From: Camelus ferus
Lineage: Eukaryota
Length of the DNA stretch: 64,000 nucleotides
Assembly (NCBI RefSeq): GCF_009834535.1
Contig: NC_045696.1
Coordinates: 9,612,001 to 9,676,000 of the forward strand
Direction: 5' to 3'
Made by a program: the position numbers and the translations under genes. Below the pieces are notes generated by a model, which was not told where the DNA came from, ran no database searches, and saw nothing but the letters and a program-made list of their open reading frames with translations. The stretch's first letter is position 1; every line of letters begins with the position of its first letter. Positions 12,212 through 23,070 of this stretch are shown piece after piece.

Positions 12212-13052
12212 TTAAATTCTTATTTTTAATTGAAGTGCAGTCGATTTACAGCGTCAGTTTCAGGTATACAGCAAAGCGATTCAGTGATGCGTGTGAGACA
12301 GGAAGGGGGCGGGGCACAGCCATTCAAGGAATGCTACGGCAATTAACATCAAAATGGTGAAAGATTCAACCCCTAGCAGGCCTTGAGGCTCAGGATGGTG
12401 GGAGATTTGACTTCTAGTAGACCTTGAGCTTCATTATATGCCTACTGTAATATTAGCATGGTGAATAGCATGCCCACAGGCACCACGGCTGTCCCAAGGC
12501 TCGCCACAAAAGGTCAAAGGGTGGGAAATGGCCAACTTCCTGGGAATCCCAGCCCCTTCCCCAGACTAGTTAGACTGGTCCTTCCACTTATTTGCATATG
12601 AAGCCACCAAGCCCATAAAGAAAACGGGCATCACTGCCCCTGGCTTCTTTCTCTCTCTCTCCGTTTGGAGACAGCCCGCACTCTGTCTGTGGAGTGTGTG
12701 CCTACTTTTACTCTAATCTGAGCACCCAACCCCCTCACTTCATGGCCTTTCTCTTGCCTTTCAGTGTATCTCTCTGAATAAATCTACCTTTACTCAGCTG
12801 TGGCTCGCTCTTGAATTCTTTTCTGCGCAAACCAAGGACCCACACTTGGTGGCTCATGTCCCAGGGGCTCAACCGAAGCCTGGGACACGGCCCTCCTCGC
12901 GCCCCACATCTGTTTTTCCTGCATCACATATACATACATATATACCTTATTTTCAGATTCTTTTCCATTACAACTCATTACAAGAAACTGAATACAGTTC
13001 CCTGTGCTGTACGGTAGGTCGTTGTTGTTTATCTATTTTATATAGGGTAATT
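12212..13052 (-). mobile_element. Cetartiodactyl-type L1 3' end, split by an LTR
   Basis: aattgaagtgcagtcgatttacag...gattcagt // ttcagattcttttccattac...gttccctgtgctgtacggtaggtc; TSD ataaacctgtactttt (12196-12211) / ataaacttgtaatttt (13053-13068). Confidence 0.75.
12294..12926 (+). mobile_element. MER41-like ERV1 solo LTR
   Basis: Starts TGAGACAGG and ends CATCA; AATAAA near 12777; cttcctgggaatcccagccccttcccc...tttgcatat and ctcgctcttgaattcttttctgcgc...ccaaggaccc align with my recall of the MER41 consensus. Confidence 0.75.
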
Positions 13053-14029
13053 ATAAACTTGTAATTTTGAGACTGTTCTATAAACAGGATTACACAGTAT
13101 ATAACCTTTTGAGCCTGGTTTTTTTTCCATTCTGCATAATGCCCAGTGAGATCCATCCAAGTTGTCACATGTGTCCACAGCCAGTTTCTTTTTATTTCCA
13201 AGCAGTGTCCCATTACACAGACGTTGACTCTTTTGCCCGCCGAAGGACACTTGAGTTGCTCTCATTTCTTTGCTATCAGGAGTGGAGTCATTATAAACAC
13301 TCACGTCCAGGTTTAGGTGTGAATGTAAGCTGTTCATTTCACCGGGATAAATGCTCAAGAGCACAAATGCTGGGTCATGTGGCAGATGCGTGTGTAGTTT
13401 TATAAGAAGTCGCTGATTTAGCTCGCAGAGTTGCTGTGCCCATTTACATTCTGGCCGGCAGTGGGTACAAGTTCCAGGTGCTCCGTATCCTCACTAGCAA
13501 AGCTTTGTGCTTTGTATCCGTGTTTATCAGCCCCTAGGACTCTAGAACGTTAGGACCACATGAGGCCTTGAAGACTTTCTAGTCCAGCCCGTTGATTCAG
13601 GGAGGAACCAAGATGCTGTGAAGGAACTCGACCATCATTCCCCCTTCCTCCAGTTCCCCTCTTGTGACTATCAACATCCCTGTTCACCCTGCTGACAGTC
13701 TCAGGCAGAGCTGTCTCCTCTTCCTGACGTCCCTGGAAACTTGTCAAAGGTTGGGCAGGACCTAAGAGCTTTGTTCAAGCCTCAGGAAAAGTCTCAGCCA
13801 TGAAATTCAACCTTGTGCTTTGCTGCCGCTGAAGAAACTAGGCTCCAGCTGCACTTGTGGATTCTCCCACGGCTCTCACTGCAGCTCTGCCTTAATTTCT
13901 CTCAGGAAATCACTAACAGCGCCAGAGTTCAAATACCGCCTGAAGTCGTAGCCCCCAGCCTGCCTTCCCAGCTTCACCCGGCCCCCTGCCCATCCGCAAT
14001 GTCAACAGCCAGTGCCACTAGTTCAGCTT

Positions 14030-14215
14030 CTCCCATTTTTTGCGTACCTACTGTGTGCCAGGCAATGTGCAAGACACTTCATGCAACGCGTATGCCTCTG
14101 GTCCTACCCTCAGCCTCCAAGCCCCAACTGACATCTGACAGATGAGATAGTGGCCACTAGAAGTCATAATCTTGGACTCAAAAGTCTTAGAATAAAAGAC
14201 CCAGGTCTAGGTCAT
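14030..14215 (-). mobile_element. Degenerate MIR
   Basis: tacctactgtgtgccaggcaatgtgcaagacacttca...acagatgag. Confidence 0.5.
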
Positions 14216-14364
14216 TCTTTTGCAAAACTTCTCACAGTACAACATGCATGAAATATTGTTTCTGGTGATCCAAGCGGTCTTTCCTGTCACTTTCTGAGCT
14301 TAAATAAGAAATGTGCCTGTTTTCCAGGGTGTTACATTTGAGATTTAGGAAACCGACACCAGGT

Positions 14365-14949
14365 GGCGCCAAAGCTGAGCTTTTTATTGCACGGAGCAGC
14401 AAGGCTTCACAGAAGCCCTTTGCTGATTCTGATGCCCGGCTTCTTCCCACTCAATTATAGCATTTCTAGCCCATGAAACTCTTTATGAAAAGAGCCAGAC
14501 ATCCTTGCTTTTTTCAAAATCAAATCACTAAATATTAACACCTACGGATCTTTCTAAAAGGGTTATACTTACGGCAAAAATAAAGAAATACAGTATCTAG
14601 GTAGAAGACGGAACCTTTACATTGGACATCAGTTGCTTTAAATTGCTGCTTCTTTTTAACTCCAGCGTTTCCTTATATGGATGCTCCTGAGATACAGACA
14701 ACTCTTCCAGACCCTTTCAGCATTTTGAGTGATTCAAAGCCGTGGATTTCTCTGCAGTCTTCTGTGGAGACGAAGTTAAAAACTTCCTGCAGCTTTGTTT
14801 ACTGTTGAGCTTGTTTGATAATATTTTAAGAACTGAATCCCTCTTGTTCTGCCTGTCAATGCTCAATTCCTCATATAACCTACTAATTTCTCTGTTTCTT
14901 TCTATGTGGATAAATTATTTTCTGCTTCTTTTTTCTCTGATACTAAAAC
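14365..14949 (-). pseudogene. Candidate disabled terminal coding exon with 3' UTR
   Basis: Acceptor tctctccttccag at 14950; 117-codon frame ending in TAG (14597-14599) with two internal stops (14915-14917, 14717-14719) and no frameshift; AATAAA at 14383-14388 followed by GT-rich sequence. Confidence 0.4.
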
Positions 14950-15076
14950 CTGGAAGGAGAGATACAACAGTTTCGTATAAGCCTCGTGGCCCGGTGACCT
15001 CTCGTTTTCCCAATTCAGGTATTTCCTCTACGCGAACTTTTCTCTTTCCTAGTTCTATTTTCTTTGACATTTTGAG

Positions 15077-15178
15077 TAGAGTGACCAACTTACGCTAGTT
15101 TGCCTGGGAATTCTTCTCCATCCTGTGTCCTGGGCACCTCCTGAGTTCCAGACAAAATGGGACAGTTTGTGACTCCAA
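15077..15178. mobile_element. MER81-like hAT-Blackjack MITE
   Basis: tagagtgaccaac...gtttgcctggga...caaaatgggacagtttgtgactcc, degenerate terminal inverted repeats. Confidence 0.6.
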
Positions 15179-15384
15179 CTTTAAGTTTGAGTAAAAGTTA
15201 ACGTGCAGTGAAGTTCAGATTAGGGTTCAGTTCCAACCACTGTAGCAGGCTTCATTCTCAGCCACAGACCTTTTATTCTTCATCCATCCATCCATTCTGC
15301 AAGCATCCATATGATAAGGAAAACTCTACTCCCTTTGTCCTCACCTTTCACGGAAGTTTTTTCTTTGGTTTCTTTAGTTTTAAA

Positions 15385-16075
15385 AAAATTTTAATAGACT
15401 TTATTATTTTTTTAGAGCAGTTTCAGGTTTACAGCAGAATTGAGCAGAAAATACAGAGAGTTCCCACGTAGCCCTCCCCATCCACACACATATACTCCTC
15501 TACCCTCAACATCCCTCATCAATGTAGCATATTTGGTACAATCGATGAACCAACATGGGCACATTATTATCAACCAAAGTCCATAGTTTACATTAGGGTT
15601 CACTTTTGATATTGTATATTCTATGGTGTTTGACAAATGCATAATGACATGTAGCCACCATTATAGCATCATACAGAATCATTTCATTGCCCTAAAATTC
15701 CCCTGTGTTCCATCTATTCATCCCTCCCTCCCTCCGTCTCCCCAAACCCCTGGAAACCAGGATCTTTTTATTGTTTCTGTAGCTGTGCCTTTTCCAGAAT
15801 GTCATTTGGTTGGAATCATACAGTTTGCATCCTTTTCACACTGACTTCTTTCATTTAGTAATATGTCTTTTAAGTTTCTTCCATGTCTTTCATGGCTTGA
15901 TAGCTCTTTTTTTTTTTTCACTGTCGGACACTTAAAAATTTTTAACACCTTTATTGTGTTATGATTCCTGTGCAGTAAACTACACATCTTTCAGATGTAC
16001 AATTTGATGAATTTTGATAGATGTGTACACCCGTGAAACCACCACCAGATGTAATGGTGCACACGTCCATCACTG
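15385..16075 (-). mobile_element. L1MC-like 3' end (15385-15920) and a second L1 3' fragment (15935-16075)
   Basis: tagagcagtttcaggtttacagcagaattgagc...aaagtccatagtttacattagggttcac. Confidence 0.85.
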
Positions 16076-17849
16076 AAGTTTTTCGAGGCCATCAGTTTCT
16101 GTTATCCATCTTCCAAGGCCCACAGTGCTGAACACAGTTTCAAATTCAAATGGATGCTTCATTAATGATTATTAAATGAAAGAAAAGGATGAATGCCCCT
16201 CTCCCCCTTGAGGCGACCACTTCTTGCTGGCTCCAAGCATCCCTCCCGTCTAGAACCTGACCAGCTCCTGCTTGAAGCTCAAGAAAGCTCTTAGGTGGGA
16301 GAAGCAAAGGGGACATCGTGATGTCACTTGGGGTCTTGAGTCGGATAGAAACAGCAGTGTCTGACAGGTTTTAGAACTTGCCTCAAACTTCAAAATTCCC
16401 TGTTGCCCTCCCAAGAATAAAACCTCCCCAGATTTGTTTTTTGTGAGGTTTACATTTATATTTAGACGAGGCTCCTGTTCGGGAGGGACTTGTCACTCAG
16501 GAGCAGGCTTCATTCCGCACCAGACCTCAGCATCTCTGAAGAGGAGGCAGTGGCTGCGGGAGTGGGAGAGAGGAATTTGCCTGAGAGATTGTCCTCTATT
16601 CCCAAATAAGTTCTGTCTCTCTTTCCCAGCCAGACTCTCTATAAAAGGGAAAACTGGACAAAGGCAGTGGGAAAGGAGCGCGTCCTGGCAACTTTCTGTG
16701 AAACGCGTCCACCATGCTGTTTACAAATTCCTGCAGCCAGCCCCGGAGTCCAAATGTAGACGACTCTGTTTATGTAACTAAAATAGACGCTTATACCGTG
16801 TGATTAAGGTGGCTACTGGGAGTTGGGCCACAGTCGGGAGATATTTGTTGCAGCTGAGGCCAGAGCGAGGCTCAGGGCACAGGATCCCCTGGAACCCTGA
16901 GCAGATATAAGTTTTTTAAAGATCAGTTTTCTGGTCTAGAAACCTCCCCGGGTGGGCACGTCTAAAACGCAGGGGAGATGTCACAACCTGGCATCCTTGG
17001 TCTGCTCTCCATCACAGAGGATGGAGTTCTTCACGGAAGAGGGACCAGCCCAGCACTGGCTCCTCCCAGCCAGCTCCTCTCTCCGCGCCGTGTTTGGAAT
17101 GGGGCCCCCATCCTGCACCAACAGGGGAAGACTTGTTCCAACATATGGTTCCAATCAGCCACCCACCGCCTGGGTCAGTAAGGAGGCGCAATTGTTCTAG
17201 GGTGAGGAGACGTACAGCCCAATAAAACATTGCCTCGGAACTCCGGTCTCGGAGTCAGCCTGCACTGTCCTGCCCGAGGACCCCCGGCCTCACGGCTGCA
17301 GTGGCTTCCCCCACGAGACTCATTCGAGTCTCACTTCCTCTCCGAGCTTTCTCCAGCTCCTCCTCACCTGGAAGAAGTCATGGCTCCCTCCTTGGGGTAA
17401 TGAGGTCACCCCTTTCCAGGCCCATCCACCCCCAACTCATAGGTGAGCTCCTTGGAGTCAAGGTCCGTGACCCATCATCATCTTGCAGCCGCCTGGGCCC
17501 TGGCAGGGTGTCCAATGGGGCAGTTCTCTTGGGAAATGGCTGGTCTTGCCGAGTCAGGGAAAACAGCATCCAGGGGCCACCAGACGGGCAGCAGGAGCAG
17601 TGATGCAGCACTATGCCTCAATTCACCCCATCGACTCCCTGCATCGGGAAGAAAGAGGCCCCTATTCTCGTGACTCATGAGGCAGGGAGGGGCCGCCTGC
17701 TGCCCACTGCAGCTCACCTGGTGCCAGACTGCCCAGCACTGTCCCTCGTGCTCCAGCCTCCCTAGAGTTCAGCTGTTGGAAGGTGCCATGGGTCTCGGGG
17801 ACCTCTGCACACTGTTTGCTCTCCTGAGACCTGCTGTCCCACCACCCAG

Positions 17850-18235
17850 AGCCACTCTCTGCTTCGTCCTACTCACCATTCAGCTCGCCACTTAACCCTC
17901 AAGGAAGTTAGGGACAACTTCCTGACAGCACCTCCCGACGGTCTAGATTATATCTCTTTCTTAGATGTTTGTACCACATCCTGGATGCTGCTTGAGCATC
18001 TTACGTGCACTCCCTCCCCTCTTGAGGGGTGAAGCTGGGTTTTATCCCCTGAGCGTCCTCACTGAGCACTGGCCACACGTACTCGGTCATTCCTCTGATT
18101 ATTTGTTTACGCTCTACTTTCCGGTGTCACTCCCAGAGAGCAGGACATCCATCTTCCTCTCCACTGTCATCCCAATGCCCAGCCCGGTTGCCAGGCTTAC
18201 TAGGAATGAATGAACTGATGAATGGATAAACTAAT
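17850..18235 (+). mobile_element. L2 3' end
   Basis: ctcccagagagcaggac...atcccaatgcccagccc...gaatgaatgaa terminal repeat. Confidence 0.55.
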
Positions 18236-20344
18236 TAATCAACCGAAGGACTTAGGAGAGAGGGAGATTTTGCGCAACTAACTAGAATTGAGGTCACCTT
18301 GAGGCAAGACCAAACTGGAACTCGTCTGTGGCCCCCCACCAAAGGTGCTTCCAGGGGACAAAGGGTGACTGTTCTCTGCCTGAATGAATGGGATCATATA
18401 AGGCAATGGGTCAGAGGAGAAAAGGCAACAGAAAAAAACTTTGAATGTCTTTTTCTCGTTTCCTTTGGAAAAAGTAAACTCGAGGGTTTTTCACTGAGTT
18501 CTTAAGGGGACGCAGGCAGCTGCGGCAGGTAACAGGAGGAAGACAAGCTCTCGACAGTCAACGTCTCTGATCTCAGAGGCAGACTCCAGGAGGAGGCCCC
18601 GCTGAAGTCACACTTGGATGCCAGACTCCCAGGTGCGGGCAGGGCGCCGCGGCTGCCAGGACCAGCTCAGGCACACACAGGGGCATTCACAGCCCTGGGG
18701 CCACAGCCCCTCCTGCCCGCCCTGTGCGCCCCCAGCAGCAAACAGGACTCTCTGTCTCGGGTCCTGAGTCAAGCCTGCGTAGAATTAACTGTAATAATTG
18801 GCAGGTGGGCCGTTGGCTTCTGGGTTTCAATTCACCAGGGGCTCATGAAAAAAGAAAGAAAAAAAAAGAAGAAAGACTGGATGTTCTGCTGTAGCCAGTA
18901 TTTAGCTTGGGCTCTGAGAAGCTTCAGCTTTCCATGACAAGAAACAAACTGTGTGGCTGCAGCTGCCCTGGGCAAACAAGAGCTCCAGAACAGCCTGGGA
19001 GAGAGAGGCCCTTGCTGGCCCACAACCAGTGTGCTCCTTGGGGAAAGAGGAGGAAACAGCCCCTGACCTGCTGCCCTTCTCAGGAGCACAGATAATGGAG
19101 AAGAAAAGGGTCTTTCTGAAAGTTTTTTTTCTTGGATGGAATGGAGTGGCCATCACCTCCGAAGATTTTTCCATGGCATCAATGCCTTTGTTATCCTTTA
19201 CAAGAATTCCTACGATAATAGGGGCGCTCGTCCCAGCCCACTACCGAGCCACCATGTAATAGTGTCTACTGCCCACGGGATGGGGATCAGCCTCCACTCC
19301 TGTACTTCTGCTACGTGTCCAGTGCAGATGTCCCTTGTCAACAGTGGTTATCTTTTCTACCGAGCCTGAGACATGGACTCAGGATCCTCAACACTGCACC
19401 CCAGGAAGCCACTACAAGAGAATAGGAGTTGCCATGAGAGCTGAAAAATATTTGCCACTTCTATTTTAGTAACTCAGAAGAGGCCAAAGTTACGGTCTCA
19501 CCGAAGTTCCCGTGAAGACAGGAATCCAGGGGTGGCCAGCTACAGGACTGTGGCTCTGATGCCAGTTACTGCCCAAATACAGACCCCTTATCAGAGTGGG
19601 CTCTGATGATCATCGGGGAGAGGGCACACTGGGCAGGATTTCACTGGAGAGCCAGGCACAGTGGCCCAACGCTGGGACAGCCAATGCCAAGGGCACGTCC
19701 TTTCTGTTTGCTGCACCTGCACTTGAGGCTTGTCCTTCAGCTGGAGATTTTGCCTGTGGTCTGCTACAGCAGGGACAGAGCAGCCACCATCCTGAAGTGC
19801 TTTCTTGGGGACAGTGGCCCCGTCGACAGTGATTCAGGCCATGTGTTTCTCCCTCACTCTTTCTCAGCAGGCCTGTTTGCCCTCCTTTTCACAGGAAACT
19901 GATGTAGCGCTGGTGTGGGGTGAATCTGGCCTCCAGGGCTGAGAAACACTGAAGAAGTGGCTTCCCTTGGGGTCAGGACCACATTCTTGCCCGAGGAGAA
20001 GGGCCTTAATTCAGGGTCCAGGTAACGCCAACCATCCCTTCACGGATGACGATTCTTGGACTTTCCTCCCAATGGGCTTTGGGACGGTGTCTCCTTCTAA
20101 ATTCCCTTTCCCGGCCCTGTGTTCAGTACCTTAGAGATCGAAGCCTGAAGCGGTTACACTGGTGCCCCCCACTTCTCTGCCCCAGGCCAGTGAGGAAGCT
20201 CCTCTGCTAAGGCTGGGGGCCGGTCCCGAGCTCTCACCTCCTGCTCTAAGGAGGGCCACCTTGGCAGCCCCTCCCTCCCCCCCACCTCGCTGAATGGTGG
20301 GAGGGCTAACTGCTTGGGTTCTGGGGAGACCACTTTTGCTCTCC

Positions 20345-20475
20345 AAATCTGCTTCCTCACCCGCAAAATGGGAATAATGATACCACCTCCTAGCATTGCT
20401 GTGAGGACAAAACGAGACCGTCTGTGTAAAATGCCCAGCGCGCAGCAAGCAACAATGGATCCAGGCTATCATTAG
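20345..20475 (+). mobile_element. MIR 3' half
   Basis: ttcctcacccgcaaaatgggaataatgataccacctcc...gtgaggac. Confidence 0.7.
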
Positions 20476-20514
20476 TGCAGGGCAGAAATTTCAGCTACAG
20501 CAGTACTCCTGAGG

Positions 20515-21395
20515 ATTTTTTTAAATTGTGGTAAAATACATATAGCATAAAATATACTATTTTGGAGTGTATAATTCAGTAGCGTTAAGTATCTGCACAG
20601 TGTTGTGTAACTGCTACCTTGATCTAGTCCCAGAATTTTTCATCACCCCAAACGGAAACCCTGTGCCCACTACGTAGTCTCTCTCTATCCCTCCCTCCCC
20701 ACACCCAGCCCCTGGCAAGCTCTCATCTGCTTTCTGTGTCTATGGATTTGCCTACTCTGATTACTTCAAATAAACAGAATCATATAATGATATGTGGTCT
20801 TTCGTGTCTGGTTTCTTCACTTAGCACAATGTTTCCCAGCACCATGTTTCATTCATGCGGTAACATATATTGGTATTTCATTCTTGCTATGGCTAAATAA
20901 TATTCCATTGTATGGATACATTACATTTTGTTAATCTGCTCATCTGTTGATTGACGTCTGGGTTCTTTCGTCATCTGGGCTATTGTGTGCCATGAATATT
21001 TGTGAACAAGGTTTTGTTTCAACACCTGTTTTCAGTTTGAAGGGGTATACATCTATTCTTGGGTCACATGTGGTTCTATAATTAACTGATTGAGAAATCA
21101 CCAAACTGTTTTCCACAGTGGCCACACCATTATACATTCCAATCAGCAACGAATCAGGGCTCTAATTTTTCCACATCCTCACCAACACATTTTTCCCCCT
21201 TTTTAAAAAGTCTTGGCCATCCTAGTGGGTTTGAAGTGGTATCTCACTGTGGTTTTGATTTGCATTTCTTGGATGACTAATGACATTGAGCATCTTTTCA
21301 TGTGCTTTTTGGCCATTTATGTATCTTCTTTAGAAAATGTCTATTCAAGTGCTTTACTCATTTTTTAAATTGGGTTGTTTGTCTTTTTGTGGTTT
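20515..21395 (-). mobile_element. L1MB-like 3' end
   Basis: aattgtggtaaaatacatatagcataaaa...gtggtatctcactgtggttttgatttgcatttc. Confidence 0.9.
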
Positions 21396-21844
21396 CCCCT
21401 ATGAATTTTAGGTCTTATTCTAACCAATAGGGTCAGGAAAAAGACTTAAAGGACATGAAAATGTGTGTGTTGGGGGGCAGTATTCAAATTCCCTGTACAA
21501 CCTGGATTTGCAAGAAGGAAATCTAATTCCTTTATTTGGTCTAAAATTTGTCTTCCTTTTAGGACTTTACTGCTGGTGAATAGGAAAAAGATTAATTTTT
21601 AACCCAATCTGCTTTATAATTTAGATCCCCAAATTTAAACATCCCTCTCAGTTATGCTCGGTCTTTCTAGGAAAAAAACAAAACAAACTCAAATTCTAAG
21701 TCTCTGAGATTTCTCTCCCTGGCCCCATGGTGGTCATGACCTCTGAGAGTATGGGCCAGCGGTGGTTTGCTAACATCTTTGGTGTGGTGACTTCTGCCTC
21801 CAATGGTCCTGGGCAGTGTCCCTTGTCTGCTAGTTGAGCCTCAC

Positions 21845-22328
21845 CAGACTGGAAATGGTGGCCAAAGGCTGTGGCCATGTGGTCAGTCTTCTCCTCTTGG
21901 CTCCATCAAAGGCCATCTGCTTCCGGCGACTCGGCCTCTCCCGTGAGGTCTGGCTGTGACTTCCTTGGCCCTGCTCCAGCCAGGCCCTTAGCTCCTCCTT
22001 AGCCTCACCTTCACCACAGGTGCACTAAGGGCAGCTCAGGAAAGCTAAAGCCCCAGGGCCTTCCTGCCAAACCGCCCCACACCACTGCGCTCTCGGGGGT
22101 GAACTGCCCCAGGCCAGCTGCCGCATCCTCCCAGAGCCCCACAGAGGGGGGGGGGGGGGAAGCAGCATCCTGGTGCCTCAGAGGAGGGGGACTTCCGGAG
22201 GTGGCAGCTAAGCCGGTCCTTGAGGGATGGGGGTGGAGACTCTGGCTTCCGATTGTCCTCTTGTGCCTCACAGCACCTGACGTAGTGTTTGACAGGGAGG
22301 AGGTGCTCAAGCCTGCAGGCTGAGCTGA
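21845..22328 (-). pseudogene. Candidate decayed internal exon
   Basis: Acceptor ctctcatctctcacag (AG at 22329-22330) and donor CTG|GTGAGG (21845/21844); one frame is open for ~105 codons, then has four stops; ends in phase 1. Confidence 0.25.
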
Positions 22329-22799
22329 CTGTGAGAGATGAGAGCCCTGGGACGCGGAAGGACACGGCTCAATGGCTATTTCTCTCTGAATCAGAGGAAC
22401 GTTCAAATGGCACCCACGAGCCCATCTCTTCCACTGCCTGTGAGCTCCCCCAGCTGACAGTTCACAAAATGGCAAACGTAGAGGGTCGATACTTATAACC
22501 CCTCCAGCCAGTCTTACAGGTCAGAAGAAGGTATATCCCCTCCTCCTGAGAGCTAATTCTCCTACCTGTGCTCTTAATTCCCATCCCTTCATCTCCTTTA
22601 AGATCTAGACCTTGATCCCAGGAGCTTCAAAGAGAAGATGGTCTGCTCAGAGCTACAGAGAAGTGCTTGACCAGTTGGCTTATTGCTGGCTCCAACAAGC
22701 AGAAACTGTTGAACCATCCCTTGCTGACTGACTTTGCCGCTGCTTGACAAATGCTCTCGTCCTGATCTACCTGCCAGTGGGCCACAAAATCAGGAGCAT

Positions 22800-23070
22800 T
22801 TAAGGACCTCTGTGACGAGGAAGAGAAAGACCAAGCCTCTGGCTCAAGTGGCCCCCGTTGGAGGAGGGCGAAGGAAAGAGCTGGATGAAACAAGTAATGA
22901 GGATGCTCAGAAGACACAATTAGAGTCCGAGAAAAGGACTTCCTGGAACTAAAAGAAAACTAGCCATCATTTTAAAAACTTAGGGAATAAACTGAAAAAA
23001 AAGGATGATCACTGCTGAGTACTGAATTAGAGGTCCTGAAGATCAAGGGAAAGTAATATCTCATCGTGTG
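22800..23070 (+). mobile_element. Old L1 ORF1-region fragment
   Basis: A-rich segment gacttcctggaactaaaag...gaattagaggtcctgaagatcaagg resembles old L1M ORF1. Confidence 0.45.

Larger units (their letters stand above)
11835..13500 (-). mobile_element. Old L1 (L1MC/MD-like) 3' end, split by a nested insertion at 12212-13052
   Basis: Antisense L1 3' UTR at 11835-12211 resumes at 13053-13500. Confidence 0.75.

Noticed and set aside
16640..16647. TATAAAAG as a plus-strand promoter
   Set aside because: No supporting donor or exon downstream; an isolated 8-mer is expected by chance.
17316..17333. Perfect hairpin GAGACTC-ATTC-GAGTCTC
   Set aside because: A 7-bp stem is expected several times by chance in 64 kb.
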